Source: Pseudomonadota bacterium
GTDB lineage: Bacteria; Desulfobacterota; Anaeroferrophillalia; Anaeroferrophillales; Tharpellaceae
Direction of reading: 5' to 3'
Assembly (NCBI GenBank): GCA_034659215.1
Contig: JAYEGS010000244.1
Location: 12,659 to 76,658 of the forward strand
DNA length: 64,000 nucleotides
The notes below the pieces were generated by a model. That model searched no databases. It had not been told where the DNA came from and saw only the letters and a list, made by a program, of their open reading frames with translations. Shown here piece after piece: positions 26,780-35,975 of the stretch; position 1 is the stretch's first letter; each line of letters starts with the position of its first letter. A program made the translations under genes and the position numbers.

Positions 26780-27427
26780 CTATCTGGAACTGGGGAAGGC
26801 GGGCATATTTCCGCCTTCCGACATCCCCTGCATATTGCCCATTCCCTCCATGCCGGGAATTTGGGGCATAGCAAATTTCCGGTAGCCGGATGGGATTTGA
26901 AAGAGATGATCCGGCTGTTTACCGGTGTTGATGTTGCGGTAGTTGACTTCGGTTTCAGGGGTAAGGATACGAATGGCCATTCCCTCTTTTACCGCAATCC
27001 AGTAGGTTATTGTTTCACCTTCATCAGTGATCTCATATTTATCACATTTAATCCCGTTTACGGTTTCACGGCCCAGCTTTTTCCCCTCTTTTTCCAGTAG
27101 CGGTTTCCAGTTGTCGGGCATGATTTCATCATCATCATCATCCAAATCAATAGCCATCTCAAGATAACTTTTCCCTTGCGGCATCAAAGTCCAGACGACG
27201 CCTTTGTCGGGGCGGCTGATCAAAATTATCTCGCGGCCCCCTTGATTCATCTCATTGCGGCTCTGATTACCCTTTATAAAAAACTTGCCTTTGGCAACGA
27301 CATGTCCTTGTGAACGGGTCTCCATCTCCGCACTGTACTCCGCCGCCTGCAGAGAGGACAGAAAGCCGAGGCTGATAATGAAAACGATGGTTAGCGCAAT
27401 GCTTAAGCCTGTTTTTTTCAAGTTCAT
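26780..27427 (-). CDS. periplasmic/secreted hypothetical protein
   Basis: Signal peptide MNLKKTGLSIALTIVFIISLGFLSSLQAAEY. There is an acidic DDDDDE stretch and a Met/Gly-rich C-terminus. Confidence 0.45.
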   Translation of the reverse strand: MNLKKTGLSIALTIVFIISLGFLSSLQAAEYSAEMETRSQGHVVAKGKFFIKGNQSRNEMNQGGREIILISRPDKGVVWTLMPQGKSYLEMAIDLDDDDDEIMPDNWKPLLEKEGKKLGRETVNGIKCDKYEITDEGETITYWIAVKEGMAIRILTPETEVNYRNINTGKQPDHLFQIPSGYRKFAMPQIPGMEGMGNMQGMSEGGNMPAFPSSR

Positions 27428-27454
27428 GATAGTTCCTCCATTTGATGTTGAATA

Positions 27455-27730
27455 ATTATAATGTCACTTTGTAACTATTCTGCTAACCCGAAAATTCAGG
27501 GGACATATATCAATATATGTTACATCGTAACTATTCAGCGTAATGTACTCTTCAAACTATCTCGATACGGGGACATTGCTCCAGGCGGCGGCTGCTAAGC
27601 CTTTATGCCGGTCTGAGCTGCGCTGTGAGCGAAGCGAGGAAGTACTCTTGGGGTGTGTCCCCCTCGAAGCCGGGCGAAGCCAATGTTCGCACCATTTGCA
27701 GTGGCTTTAAGGTAATCACGCTGAATAGTT
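27455..27730. repeat. MITE-like element, family A core flanked by 15-nt TIRs GTAACTATTCAGCGT / ACGCTGAATAGTTAC
   Basis: Left TIR at 27527..27541 and right TIR, its exact reverse complement, at 27711..27725. An extra partial left end is at 27463..27480. The core is shared with 41021.., 46036.. and 57985... Confidence 0.65.
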
Positions 27731-28766
27731 ACGTCACTTTTTCTAGCAACTTTTCCAATTCCTTTACCCGTTTTTCGAGATTTGCCAGACGTCCGCGATC
27801 TTTGGGCAGGTGGGTGGCGGCCATCATCTGGCGCAGGGCTTGTTTGACCGGAATTGCCGGAATGCCGCCGTAATCTTGATCTCCGGGAAGAGATTTGGCC
27901 GCTGAGGTGCCGCCCATCAGGCGGGCCCGGTCGCCGATTGTTATATGGTCGACCATGCCGACCCTGGGGCCCAGCATCACCTGATTGCCGATCCGGACAC
28001 TGCCGGAGATGCCGACCTGGGCGCACATGATTCCTTCATGACCAACTTTAACCCCGTGGCCTAAGTGGACGTGGTCGTCGATTTTGGTGCCGCGGCCGAC
28101 GACGGTTTCATCCATCGCTGCCCGATTGACGGTCGAGAGAGCGCCAATTTCGACATCATCTTCAATAATGACCCGGCCGATCTGGGGGATTTTAACATTG
28201 CAGCCGCCAACCTGAAAAAAACCGAAACCATCCGAGCCGATGACCGAATTTGGATGAATCATGACCCGGTCGCCAAGACAACAATTTTCGCGAATCACGA
28301 CTCCGGGATAGAGGTGGCAATCGGAACCGATTTTTACCCTTCTGCCGATGTAGGTGTTGGCATAGATACGACAGTTATCACCGATAACCGCATCATCGCA
28401 GATAACCGCTCCGGGTCCGATATGCAGGTTATCACCCAAGGAGACATTCTCACCGATAGCTGCCGTTTGATCAATTCGGTAATCGACCATCTGGGCGGCT
28501 TTGTCGATCTCCATCATTATAAGACCCGCGGCCCGGAAGGGCTGGTCACAGATAATCAGGGCTTGTGGTAGATTCTCTACTTTTCTGGGAACGAGCAAAG
28601 CTCCGGCTTTTGAGGCGGCAGCTTTTTCGAGAAATTTCTCTTCGGCAAAGGAGAGTTCATCAACTGAAGCCGCCTCCAGACTGTTGATACCGGTCACCAC
28701 CAGATTTTCATCCCCGACAACCTCACCACCAACCTTGTCGGCAATTTGAGCAAGAGTGTAACGCAT
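27729..28766 (-). CDS. lpxD: UDP-3-O-acylglucosamine N-acyltransferase
   Basis: Typical LpxD N-terminus (MRYTLAQIADKVGGEVVGDENLVVTGI), hexapeptide repeats throughout, and a coiled-coil C-terminus. Confidence 0.8.
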   Translation of the reverse strand: MRYTLAQIADKVGGEVVGDENLVVTGINSLEAASVDELSFAEEKFLEKAAASKAGALLVPRKVENLPQALIICDQPFRAAGLIMMEIDKAAQMVDYRIDQTAAIGENVSLGDNLHIGPGAVICDDAVIGDNCRIYANTYIGRRVKIGSDCHLYPGVVIRENCCLGDRVMIHPNSVIGSDGFGFFQVGGCNVKIPQIGRVIIEDDVEIGALSTVNRAAMDETVVGRGTKIDDHVHLGHGVKVGHEGIMCAQVGISGSVRIGNQVMLGPRVGMVDHITIGDRARLMGGTSAAKSLPGDQDYGGIPAIPVKQALRQMMAATHLPKDRGRLANLEKRVKELEKLLEKVT

Positions 28767-28890
28767 TCATGAGTCCTTTATTTTTGTTTTTGCAGGGAAA
28801 TTAAGCCTTCCCGGTTGACTTTAAACAAGTTAACACATATAGAATAAATCTTCTAGAATAAAGATTGTTAGTTTTTTATCAGGAGAGAAG

Positions 28891-29670
28891 ATGGAGCGGA
28901 AATCGGTTTTTTTACTGGCGGGATTTTTGTTGGTTTTCTGTTTGGGATCGGTGCCGGTTGCGTTTTCGGCATCCCCTTATTCGCGGCAGAAAATTGATGA
29001 GACCGTGAAAGAGACGGTGGTGGTGCAAAAAGAGACCACAACTCTGCAGCAGGCGTGGGAGCAGGAGCGCCGGGAGCTGGATGATTCAACCCACGCCCTG
29101 GAACTTGAGTTCAAACTGCTTGAAGCTCGCCACCTGAAATTGAAAGGTTATTGTCAACAGCGTCGGCAAGAGATTTTAAGACTTGAAACCGGGCTTAATG
29201 ATATGGCTGAAATCGGTATCCGACTGGAGCCCTTTCTCGATGAAATGGTAGGCCGGATTGGAGAATTTACGGCGGCGGATCTGCCCTTTTCTGCGGTCGA
29301 AAGAGAGCGCCGTCTGGCCGATCTGGGTGATGCTTTAAAGAGTTACGATGCCGATCTGGCCGAGAAATTGCGCCGGGTTATGGAGGTGCTTAAAATCGAA
29401 GCCGGTTTTGGCCGGGGTTTTGAGGTCAGTGAGGAGTTTTTGACTCTTGACGGGGCCGAAACCACAGTTAGGATGCTGCGTCTGGGCCGGGTCGGACTCT
29501 ACTATCTCTCACTTGATGGTGATCGGGGGGGCTGGTTTAATCGTGTAAGCAAGAGTTGGGAACCCTTGTCTGGAGCCTCGCACGATGCGGTTAAAGATGC
29601 TTTGCGCATGACCCTTAAACAGCGAGCTTTCGATCTTGTCTGTTTGCCGGTGGTCGGGGGGCAGCCATGA
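28891..29670 (+). CDS. DUF3450-like periplasmic coiled-coil protein (TonB2-system associated, TtpB-like)
   Basis: Signal peptide then coiled-coil. It sits immediately upstream of a TtpC-like/ExbB/ExbD/TonB set, as in TonB2 systems. Confidence 0.5.
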   Translation: MERKSVFLLAGFLLVFCLGSVPVAFSASPYSRQKIDETVKETVVVQKETTTLQQAWEQERRELDDSTHALELEFKLLEARHLKLKGYCQQRRQEILRLETGLNDMAEIGIRLEPFLDEMVGRIGEFTAADLPFSAVERERRLADLGDALKSYDADLAEKLRRVMEVLKIEAGFGRGFEVSEEFLTLDGAETTVRMLRLGRVGLYYLSLDGDRGGWFNRVSKSWEPLSGASHDAVKDALRMTLKQRAFDLVCLPVVGGQP

Positions 29671-31112
29671 GAAGCCGCACTTTTTTTGTTATAATATTGA
29701 GTCTGTTTTTAGCTCTTTTCTTATCTCTGTCGGGTTTTGCCTCGGAGTCGCCGGCGGCGGCCGCTGAGCAAGATGGTTCCGGCTTATTAAAACGGGCTGT
29801 AGTTCAGGTTGAGCAAGAGCAGCAAGCGGCGGAGACTGAAAATCGTCTCAATAAAGCCGAAATTGCCGCCTTGCGCAAATCGGCCAAGGCCGCCAAAGCT
29901 GATGCCGCCCGGCGGGTGAGCAAGATCAATGCGGCGATTGCGGCCCAGGAAAAAGAGCTTGATAAACTTGTCCTGGAGCAGCAAATTGTTGAGAAAAAAA
30001 GTCGTCGGGCGCTGCTTAAACTCAATGAATTGGCGGGTGTGGTGCGTACCAGTGCGCGTGATTTGTCCACATTGCTGGAGAATTCTCCGGTCTCCGGGGA
30101 TCAGCCCGGCCGGCTTGAACCATTACGTAAGATTCTTAAAGAGACGGCGTATCCGGGGATGGCTGAAATTGCCACAATTGCCGATCTCTATTTCGCTGAG
30201 ATGCGGGCCAGTGCTGAAATTAAACGTTCGCAGGCCTCTTTTATCGGGCTTGACGGTCGCCGGGCGGCGGGACAGGTTGTGCGTTTAGGGGCTTTATCGA
30301 CCATCTATCAAGATGATGCCGACAAAAGTTGCGGTTATGCCGTTTACGGGCCCGAAAATGACGCCTTGCTGGCGGTCTCGCAACCGGGCTGGCGGGTGAG
30401 CAAAAATTTGCAGAAATTTATCGCGCAAAAGAGTCAGGCGGTCTATCTCGATTTCTCCGGCGGCGACGCGGTTCGGCGTCTCGCCTTAACCCCGTCAACC
30501 TGGGAACGCTTGCGCTCGGGCGGGATTCTGGTCTGGCCTATCCTGCTGGTTGGTTTTATCGCCCTGATTTTCAGTCTTGAACGCTTTCTCTTTTTAAGTC
30601 GGGTTAAAAGTAATACCGACAAGGTGATGAGCAAAATTATTCAACTTGTGGCGGCCGGTGATTTTCAGAGCAGTCTGGAACTGCTGGAGAATAAAAAAGG
30701 CCCGGTTTTTCGGGTTTTGGCGGCGGGTCTAGGGGCGCGCCGGGCGGCCCGTGATATTTTAGAGAATGTTCTCGAAGAGGCGATTCTCAAAGAGTTGCCC
30801 CGCCTCGAAAAGTTTCTGCCGACGCTCCAGGTTTTAGCGGCCATCGCCCCGTTATTGGGCTTGCTCGGAACCGTAACCGGTATGATTAACACTTTTCAAG
30901 TGATTACGGTTTATGGTGCCGGTGACCCCCGGATGATGTCGGGCGGTATCTCCGAGGCGCTGATTACAACCAAACTCGGGCTGACCGTAGCGATTCCGAT
31001 TATCTTGCTCCATACCTGGTTTGCCCGTCGGGTTGACGTTATAATCGGCGATATGGAAGAGAAATCGATAAGTTTGAGTATCGCACTGCAAAGGGTTAAG
31101 GGTGAAGGGTGA
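29667..31112 (+). CDS. MotA/TolQ/ExbB-family proton channel with long N-terminal periplasmic coiled-coil domain (TtpC-like)
   Basis: The C-terminal ~180 aa are ExbB-like (ISEALITTKLGLTVAIP). The N-terminal ~300 aa are a signal peptide plus a Q/A/E/K-rich coiled coil. Confidence 0.6.
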   Translation: MRSRTFFVIILSLFLALFLSLSGFASESPAAAAEQDGSGLLKRAVVQVEQEQQAAETENRLNKAEIAALRKSAKAAKADAARRVSKINAAIAAQEKELDKLVLEQQIVEKKSRRALLKLNELAGVVRTSARDLSTLLENSPVSGDQPGRLEPLRKILKETAYPGMAEIATIADLYFAEMRASAEIKRSQASFIGLDGRRAAGQVVRLGALSTIYQDDADKSCGYAVYGPENDALLAVSQPGWRVSKNLQKFIAQKSQAVYLDFSGGDAVRRLALTPSTWERLRSGGILVWPILLVGFIALIFSLERFLFLSRVKSNTDKVMSKIIQLVAAGDFQSSLELLENKKGPVFRVLAAGLGARRAARDILENVLEEAILKELPRLEKFLPTLQVLAAIAPLLGLLGTVTGMINTFQVITVYGAGDPRMMSGGISEALITTKLGLTVAIPIILLHTWFARRVDVIIGDMEEKSISLSIALQRVKGEG

Positions 31113-31123
31113 GTATCTGACCC

Positions 31124-31720
31124 ATGCAGATTTTTTTCGATATTCTTGATTACTTTTACCGGGGCGGTGTCTTGATGGTGCCGATTATGCTGGTCTCAGT
31201 CGTCATGTGGGTTCTGATTTTGCTTAAATTGCAGTCGGTCTGGGCTGTAAATCAGCGTGATATGGGGTTGGTCGAGGCTCTGGAAGTGGTGCGGGAGCGC
31301 CGTCTGGTAAATGATTTCTTCGGTACGCCGCTCTGCCATGTTGTCGGCCATTTTATTGAATCAATGAGTTCGGTGCGCCGTGACAACCTGGCCCTCTTGA
31401 ACTCCTTGATCGCTCAGGAGACCGAGCGTCTCGGCAGCAATATTAACTATATCTACGCGCTTGCTTCAATTGCGCCGTTGCTTGGCCTGTTGGGCACCGT
31501 GCAGGGGATGATTTCTACTTTTGATGCGATCTCGATTTATGGTACCGGTAATCCCCGGGCGCTGGCCAACGGAATTGCCGAAGCCTTGATTACGACCCAG
31601 AGCGGTCTTTTTGTTTCGATTCCCGGTCTTTTTATGGCCGGTTTTTTGCGCCGTCGCATCTTTCGCATTTCGCAGAGATTAGAAGAATTTCGCGCCGGAG
31701 TTATGAAGGAGCTTATATGA
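31124..31720 (+). CDS. exbB: ExbB/TolQ proton channel
   Basis: GIAEALITTQSGLFVSIP is the ExbB/TolQ signature. It has three TM segments. Confidence 0.7.
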   Translation: MQIFFDILDYFYRGGVLMVPIMLVSVVMWVLILLKLQSVWAVNQRDMGLVEALEVVRERRLVNDFFGTPLCHVVGHFIESMSSVRRDNLALLNSLIAQETERLGSNINYIYALASIAPLLGLLGTVQGMISTFDAISIYGTGNPRALANGIAEALITTQSGLFVSIPGLFMAGFLRRRIFRISQRLEEFRAGVMKELI

Positions 31721-32136
31721 TTAATGTGCGGGCCCGTTTGCGGCGTGAGCGCAAAGCGGCTCAGATCGATATGGCGCCGATGCTTGACATGGTCTTTATC
31801 CTGCTGATCTTTTTTCTTGTGACCACAACGTTCGTGCGCGAATCCGGGGTCGAGGTCAATCGCCCGGCGGCCCTGACTGCCGAAGAGACCCGGCAGAGCG
31901 GTTTGCGCTTAGGAATCAGTGCCGAGGGCCAGATCTATGTTGATGGTCAGCAGATCGATCTGCGCAGTATCCGGGCCGTAACCGAGCGTTTTCTGGCTCA
32001 GAACCCGGATGGCAGTATCGTGATTGTAGCCGATAAAACTGTGACGACCGGTTTGACCGTAAAAGTTCTCGACCAATGTCGTCTGGCCGGAGCCCAGCGC
32101 ATCGCGGTTGCCGCCGAAGCTCCATCGAGTCGGTAA
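31717..32136 (+). CDS. exbD: ExbD/TolR
   Basis: IDMAPMLDMVFILLIFFLVTTTF is the typical ExbD N-terminal TM segment. The start overlaps the exbB stop. Confidence 0.7.
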   Translation: MINVRARLRRERKAAQIDMAPMLDMVFILLIFFLVTTTFVRESGVEVNRPAALTAEETRQSGLRLGISAEGQIYVDGQQIDLRSIRAVTERFLAQNPDGSIVIVADKTVTTGLTVKVLDQCRLAGAQRIAVAAEAPSSR

Positions 32137-32141
32137 ATTTT

Positions 32142-32831
32142 ATGTCATGTGATCATCATCGGAGGCGGGATGTGCCCCTGGCGCTGGCCGGGGCGCTGCT
32201 CATTAATCTGCTAATTATGGCCTTGATTCCCTGGCTTTTTCGCGGCGACGGGGAGCAACGGCAATTGCCCCGCTTAATCAAAGAACCGATTTTTTTAGAG
32301 CAGACCGAACCCGATCAGGAGCAATCGCAAGCCACTCGTGAACTTGAACCCCGGCCCGAACTTGAGCTTCCCAAACCTCCGCCCGAGGTTATCAAACCTC
32401 TTTCGCCGATACCGGAAATAAATCCCGAAATTGAGCTCTCTAAGGTGATGCTTGAGGCTCGAATTGAAACTGATTTTAAACTCCAACCCTTGCCGGAAAC
32501 TCCGATAACCCCGGTTCCGACCCTTTCCCGACCCGATTTTTATCGAATCGGCGAAGTTGACCGCGAACCCTTGAGTGCGACTCGAATGGAGCCGGTCTAC
32601 CCCTTTCTCGCCCGCCGTCGCGGGATTGAGGGGTCGGTTAATATCCGCTTTTTCGTTACCCGTCAGGGACGGGTCGAAGGGGTTAAAATTATCAAGGCTG
32701 AGCCCCCCGGTTACTTTGAAAAAGCGGTACATGAAACGGTCGCAAACTGGCGTTTTCAACCCGGTATGGTCGATGGCGCCCAAGTCAAAACCCTGGTTGA
32801 GACTACTATCGTTTTTAAACTCGGTCGTTAA
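32142..32831 (+). CDS. tonB: TonB energy transducer
   Basis: N-terminal TM segment, a Pro-rich spacer (PELELPKPPPEVIKPLSPIPEINPEIE) and a C-terminal TonB domain (YPFLARRRGIEGSVNIRFFV). The start is trimmed to the ATG at 32142. Confidence 0.65.
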   Translation: MSCDHHRRRDVPLALAGALLINLLIMALIPWLFRGDGEQRQLPRLIKEPIFLEQTEPDQEQSQATRELEPRPELELPKPPPEVIKPLSPIPEINPEIELSKVMLEARIETDFKLQPLPETPITPVPTLSRPDFYRIGEVDREPLSATRMEPVYPFLARRRGIEGSVNIRFFVTRQGRVEGVKIIKAEPPGYFEKAVHETVANWRFQPGMVDGAQVKTLVETTIVFKLGR

Positions 32832-32844
32832 CCCAGACTTACTG

Positions 32845-34065
32845 ATGCCAAAAAGTAATCCCTACCTATCTATCCCGGCGTTTTTTTTGCTGGTTTTATC
32901 TCTTCTCCTGATCTCTCCGGCGACCGTGTCGGCTCGGGAGGCTTCATTTTATCAAAAAGAGCTCTCTCCGGCATCGGTTCGTCTTCTTTTTGAAATGCAG
33001 GAGTTCAATCGCAGTGGGGATTATCAGAAAGGTTTAGAGCGTTTTGCGGCGTTTTCCGCCAGTCGCAAAAAAGAGCCTCCAGCCCTTTTAAATTTTATTG
33101 CGGCGAACCTCAATTTTCAGTTGGCCCGCTACCCGGAATCGGTGCAACTCTATCGCTTAGTGCTTAAGCAGGCGTCGGAGTTTTATACTGTCTATGAAAA
33201 TCTCGGCATGGCCCTGATGATGACGGAAAACTACCGGCAGGCGGCGGAAATTTTGCTTAAAGCTGCGGTCGTACTACCCGAAAAACGTCAGAAACTTAAA
33301 TATCAGGCCGCTATCGCTTATCTCTATGGTGAAGATTTCAAAAAATCCCGCTCGCTTTTGCACGAGTTGTTGGCCGCTAATCCAGAGCCGCCGGCCGATT
33401 GGCTTAAAGCTTTGATTCAGGCGCATTGGCGGCTCGATGAAAGCAAGGCCGCATTAGAGGTTGGCGGTCGGCTGGTTGACAGCTATCCTGAGACTATCGA
33501 GCACTGGCGTCTGTATGGTCAACTGGCACTTTCGACCGGAGAGTACCAAACCGCTTTGAGTGCTTATAAAGTTTTGCAATCAAGCGGCCGGATTACAGTT
33601 AAAGAGCAAAAACTGATGGCTCGCATCTATCAGCAGCTTCAGTTACCGAAAGCCGCGGCGGCGGCTTGGGAGAATGTTTTCACGAAAGATGCGCCTTCCC
33701 GGCAGGAACTTGAGACGCTGGTAGTTCTTTATCGGCAGAGTGGGCAGGTGGAGAGAGCTCTGGAAACTCTGGATCGTTTACAAAAACTTGCTCCGGAATC
33801 CGCTACCGCTTTTGATGTCGATTTCAGACGAGGTAAAATTCTTTACTATGCCGGTCGCTATCAGGAAGCTTATGACATTTTTACAAAACTTGAAACTATT
33901 ACCGAAGAGGATGGTTATCAGCATCTTTTGGCCGGTTACTGCGCCTGGAATGAGAACAATTTTCCCGCTGCCGCCGCATCCTGGCAAAAAGCGGCCAACT
34001 ATCCCGTCTGGCGCGAACGTTCCCTCAATCTGCTGCGTACCCTGGAACCTTTTAATTCTGATTAA
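32845..34065 (+). CDS. secreted TPR-repeat protein (TtpD-like)
   Basis: Signal peptide MPKSNPYLSIPAFFLLVLSLLLISPATVSA. The start is trimmed from the ORF-track 32575, which overlaps tonB out of frame. TPR-like helical repeats. Confidence 0.55.
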   Translation: MPKSNPYLSIPAFFLLVLSLLLISPATVSAREASFYQKELSPASVRLLFEMQEFNRSGDYQKGLERFAAFSASRKKEPPALLNFIAANLNFQLARYPESVQLYRLVLKQASEFYTVYENLGMALMMTENYRQAAEILLKAAVVLPEKRQKLKYQAAIAYLYGEDFKKSRSLLHELLAANPEPPADWLKALIQAHWRLDESKAALEVGGRLVDSYPETIEHWRLYGQLALSTGEYQTALSAYKVLQSSGRITVKEQKLMARIYQQLQLPKAAAAAWENVFTKDAPSRQELETLVVLYRQSGQVERALETLDRLQKLAPESATAFDVDFRRGKILYYAGRYQEAYDIFTKLETITEEDGYQHLLAGYCAWNENNFPAAAASWQKAANYPVWRERSLNLLRTLEPFNSD

Positions 34066-34104
34066 CTTATTAATTTCTTTGCTTTCTTTAAGGAGGAGAT
34101 CAAC

Positions 34105-34551
34105 ATGAATGAAAAAGTAAAAATTGGTATAATTATCTGCGACCGCTATCGTCGCTGTGCCGGTGGAAAATGTTTCAGGTCATTGCGCAATCGAGAAGGT
34201 GCGTTTAGTCGATACAAGGATATGGAGGTTGAAGCTGTTGGCTATACCTCATGTGACGGGTGTCCCGGCGGCAATGTTGAATATGCGGTGGAGGAGATGA
34301 AGGCCAATGGTGCCACGGTGATACATCTTGCGACCGGATTAGTGGTCGGCTATCCCCCATGTCCTCATATCACCTATTTTAGTGATTTTATCAAAACAAG
34401 ATATGGCCTTGAAGTTGTTTATGGCACTCATCCGATACCGCAAAAGTATCTCAATATGCACGATCAGTTGGGAACTTGGGAAACTCCTGAGTGGCAAAAG
34501 ATTATTCAACCGACTTTAGTGAACCGGGAAACTCGTTTGTCTTATGACTGA
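34105..34551 (+). CDS. CGGC-domain protein
   Basis: RRCAGGKCF...CDGCPGG cysteine motifs. Confidence 0.5.
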   Translation: MNEKVKIGIIICDRYRRCAGGKCFRSLRNREGAFSRYKDMEVEAVGYTSCDGCPGGNVEYAVEEMKANGATVIHLATGLVVGYPPCPHITYFSDFIKTRYGLEVVYGTHPIPQKYLNMHDQLGTWETPEWQKIIQPTLVNRETRLSYD

Positions 34552-34554
34552 CCT

Positions 34555-35169
34555 ATGTTCAAACTGACCGTAACCGGCCTCATTTATCATCATCTCGGCC
34601 CTTTTGATCTGACTATTGGAGCCGGTGAAACAGTCTCTCTTTCGGGGCCTTCGGGTGCCGGGAAGAGTTTGCTTTTACGAGCTCTGGCTGATCTTGATCC
34701 CCATGAAGGTGAGGTTCTTCTGGATGGTCAACCATCGCAAATCTGGCCCGCTCCCCAATGGCGGCGACGGGTGGCCTTGCTTCCGGCCGAAAGCCAGTGG
34801 TGGCATGATACGGTAGGCGAACATCTGCAAAAACCGGTGGCCCCGGAAATGTTAGCCGCCTTAGGTTTTGAGAACCAGGTTATGAGCTGGTCTATTACCC
34901 GGCTTTCGTCGGGTGAAAAACAACGGCTGGCGATTTTACGTCTGTTGCAGAACCAGCCTGAGGTTTTGTTGCTTGATGAACCGACAGCTAACCTTGATCC
35001 GGAGAATGCAAAACGGGTTGAGAACCTTTTCCTCAATTACCAGCGTGAGCAGGGTGCCGCGATTCTCTGGATTACCCATGATCTTGATCAAGGCCGCCGC
35101 CTCGGCGGGCGCCACTACCGGATCGAAGATGGTCGACTCGATCTGATTGCCGCAGGAGAGAAACCATGA
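34555..35169 (+). CDS. ABC transporter ATP-binding protein (YbbL/FetA-like)
   Basis: Walker A GPSGAGKS, ABC signature LSSGEKQR and Walker B LLLDEP. Confidence 0.65.
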   Translation: MFKLTVTGLIYHHLGPFDLTIGAGETVSLSGPSGAGKSLLLRALADLDPHEGEVLLDGQPSQIWPAPQWRRRVALLPAESQWWHDTVGEHLQKPVAPEMLAALGFENQVMSWSITRLSSGEKQRLAILRLLQNQPEVLLLDEPTANLDPENAKRVENLFLNYQREQGAAILWITHDLDQGRRLGGRHYRIEDGRLDLIAAGEKP

Positions 35170-35957
35170 ACGTTATCCCGCTGACTCCATTCGATCTTCT
35201 TCTGACCTCTCTGCTGGTTATAGCCCTGGCCCTTTTATCCCTGCCTCTGCGTCTTGAAGTTGCCGGGCAGATTATGGTCGCAGCTTTTCGCACGACGATT
35301 CAACTTCTGCTTATCGGCTTTATTCTCAAGTGGCTTTTTACAACGGCTGGGCCGATTTGGATCGCCATCTTAAGTTTTTTCATGCTCCTCAACGCCGGTT
35401 GGGAGGTTTCACGCCGTCAGAAGCGTCATTTTAAAGGTCTATGGGGTTTTGGCATCGGTACCCTGTCGATGTTTCTGACCTCTTTCCCGATGCTCATTTT
35501 TACGCTGACCGTGGTCATCAACAACCAGCCCTGGTATGAGCCTCGCTACGCCATTCCTCTGCTCGGGATGTTACTGGGTAATACCATGAATGGCGTCTCC
35601 TTAGGCTTTGACCGGCTTCTGCATAATGTCTGGCAACAGCGCCAAATCATAGAAAATCGCCTGATGCTGGGAGAGACCTGGTTTGAGGCTTTGACTGAAA
35701 TTCGCCGCGAAAGTATTCGCTCCGGCCTGATGCCGACGATCAACGCCATGATGGCGGCCGGTATCGTTAGCCTGCCGGGCATGATGACCGGCCAGATTCT
35801 GGCCGGTAGTCCGCCTCTGGAAGCGGTCAAATATCAGATCATGATCATGTTTCTGATCGGCGCCGGCAGTGGTTTTGGAACTATTGCCGCAGTTTCACTG
35901 GGCGCCCGCCGCCTCTTCGATAGCCGCCAGCGTCTGCGACTCGAAAGGTTAAATTGA
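35166..35957 (+). CDS. ABC transporter permease, UPF0014 (YbbM/FetB-like)
   Basis: Multi-TM protein whose start overlaps the ATPase stop. Confidence 0.55.
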   Translation: MNVIPLTPFDLLLTSLLVIALALLSLPLRLEVAGQIMVAAFRTTIQLLLIGFILKWLFTTAGPIWIAILSFFMLLNAGWEVSRRQKRHFKGLWGFGIGTLSMFLTSFPMLIFTLTVVINNQPWYEPRYAIPLLGMLLGNTMNGVSLGFDRLLHNVWQQRQIIENRLMLGETWFEALTEIRRESIRSGLMPTINAMMAAGIVSLPGMMTGQILAGSPPLEAVKYQIMIMFLIGAGSGFGTIAAVSLGARRLFDSRQRLRLERLN

Positions 35958-35975
35958 GCTTAACAGGAGGTTTTC

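Noticed and set aside
27595-28026. 143-aa minus-strand ORF overlapping lpxD and the MITE
   Set aside because: Arg/Pro/Gly-rich low-complexity translation in the alternate frame of lpxD, which continues into the repeat element. Spurious.
32575-32844. 5' extension of the TPR gene ORF overlapping tonB
   Set aside because: It is out of frame with tonB and has no RBS. The internal ATG at 32845 gives a clean signal peptide immediately after the tonB stop.
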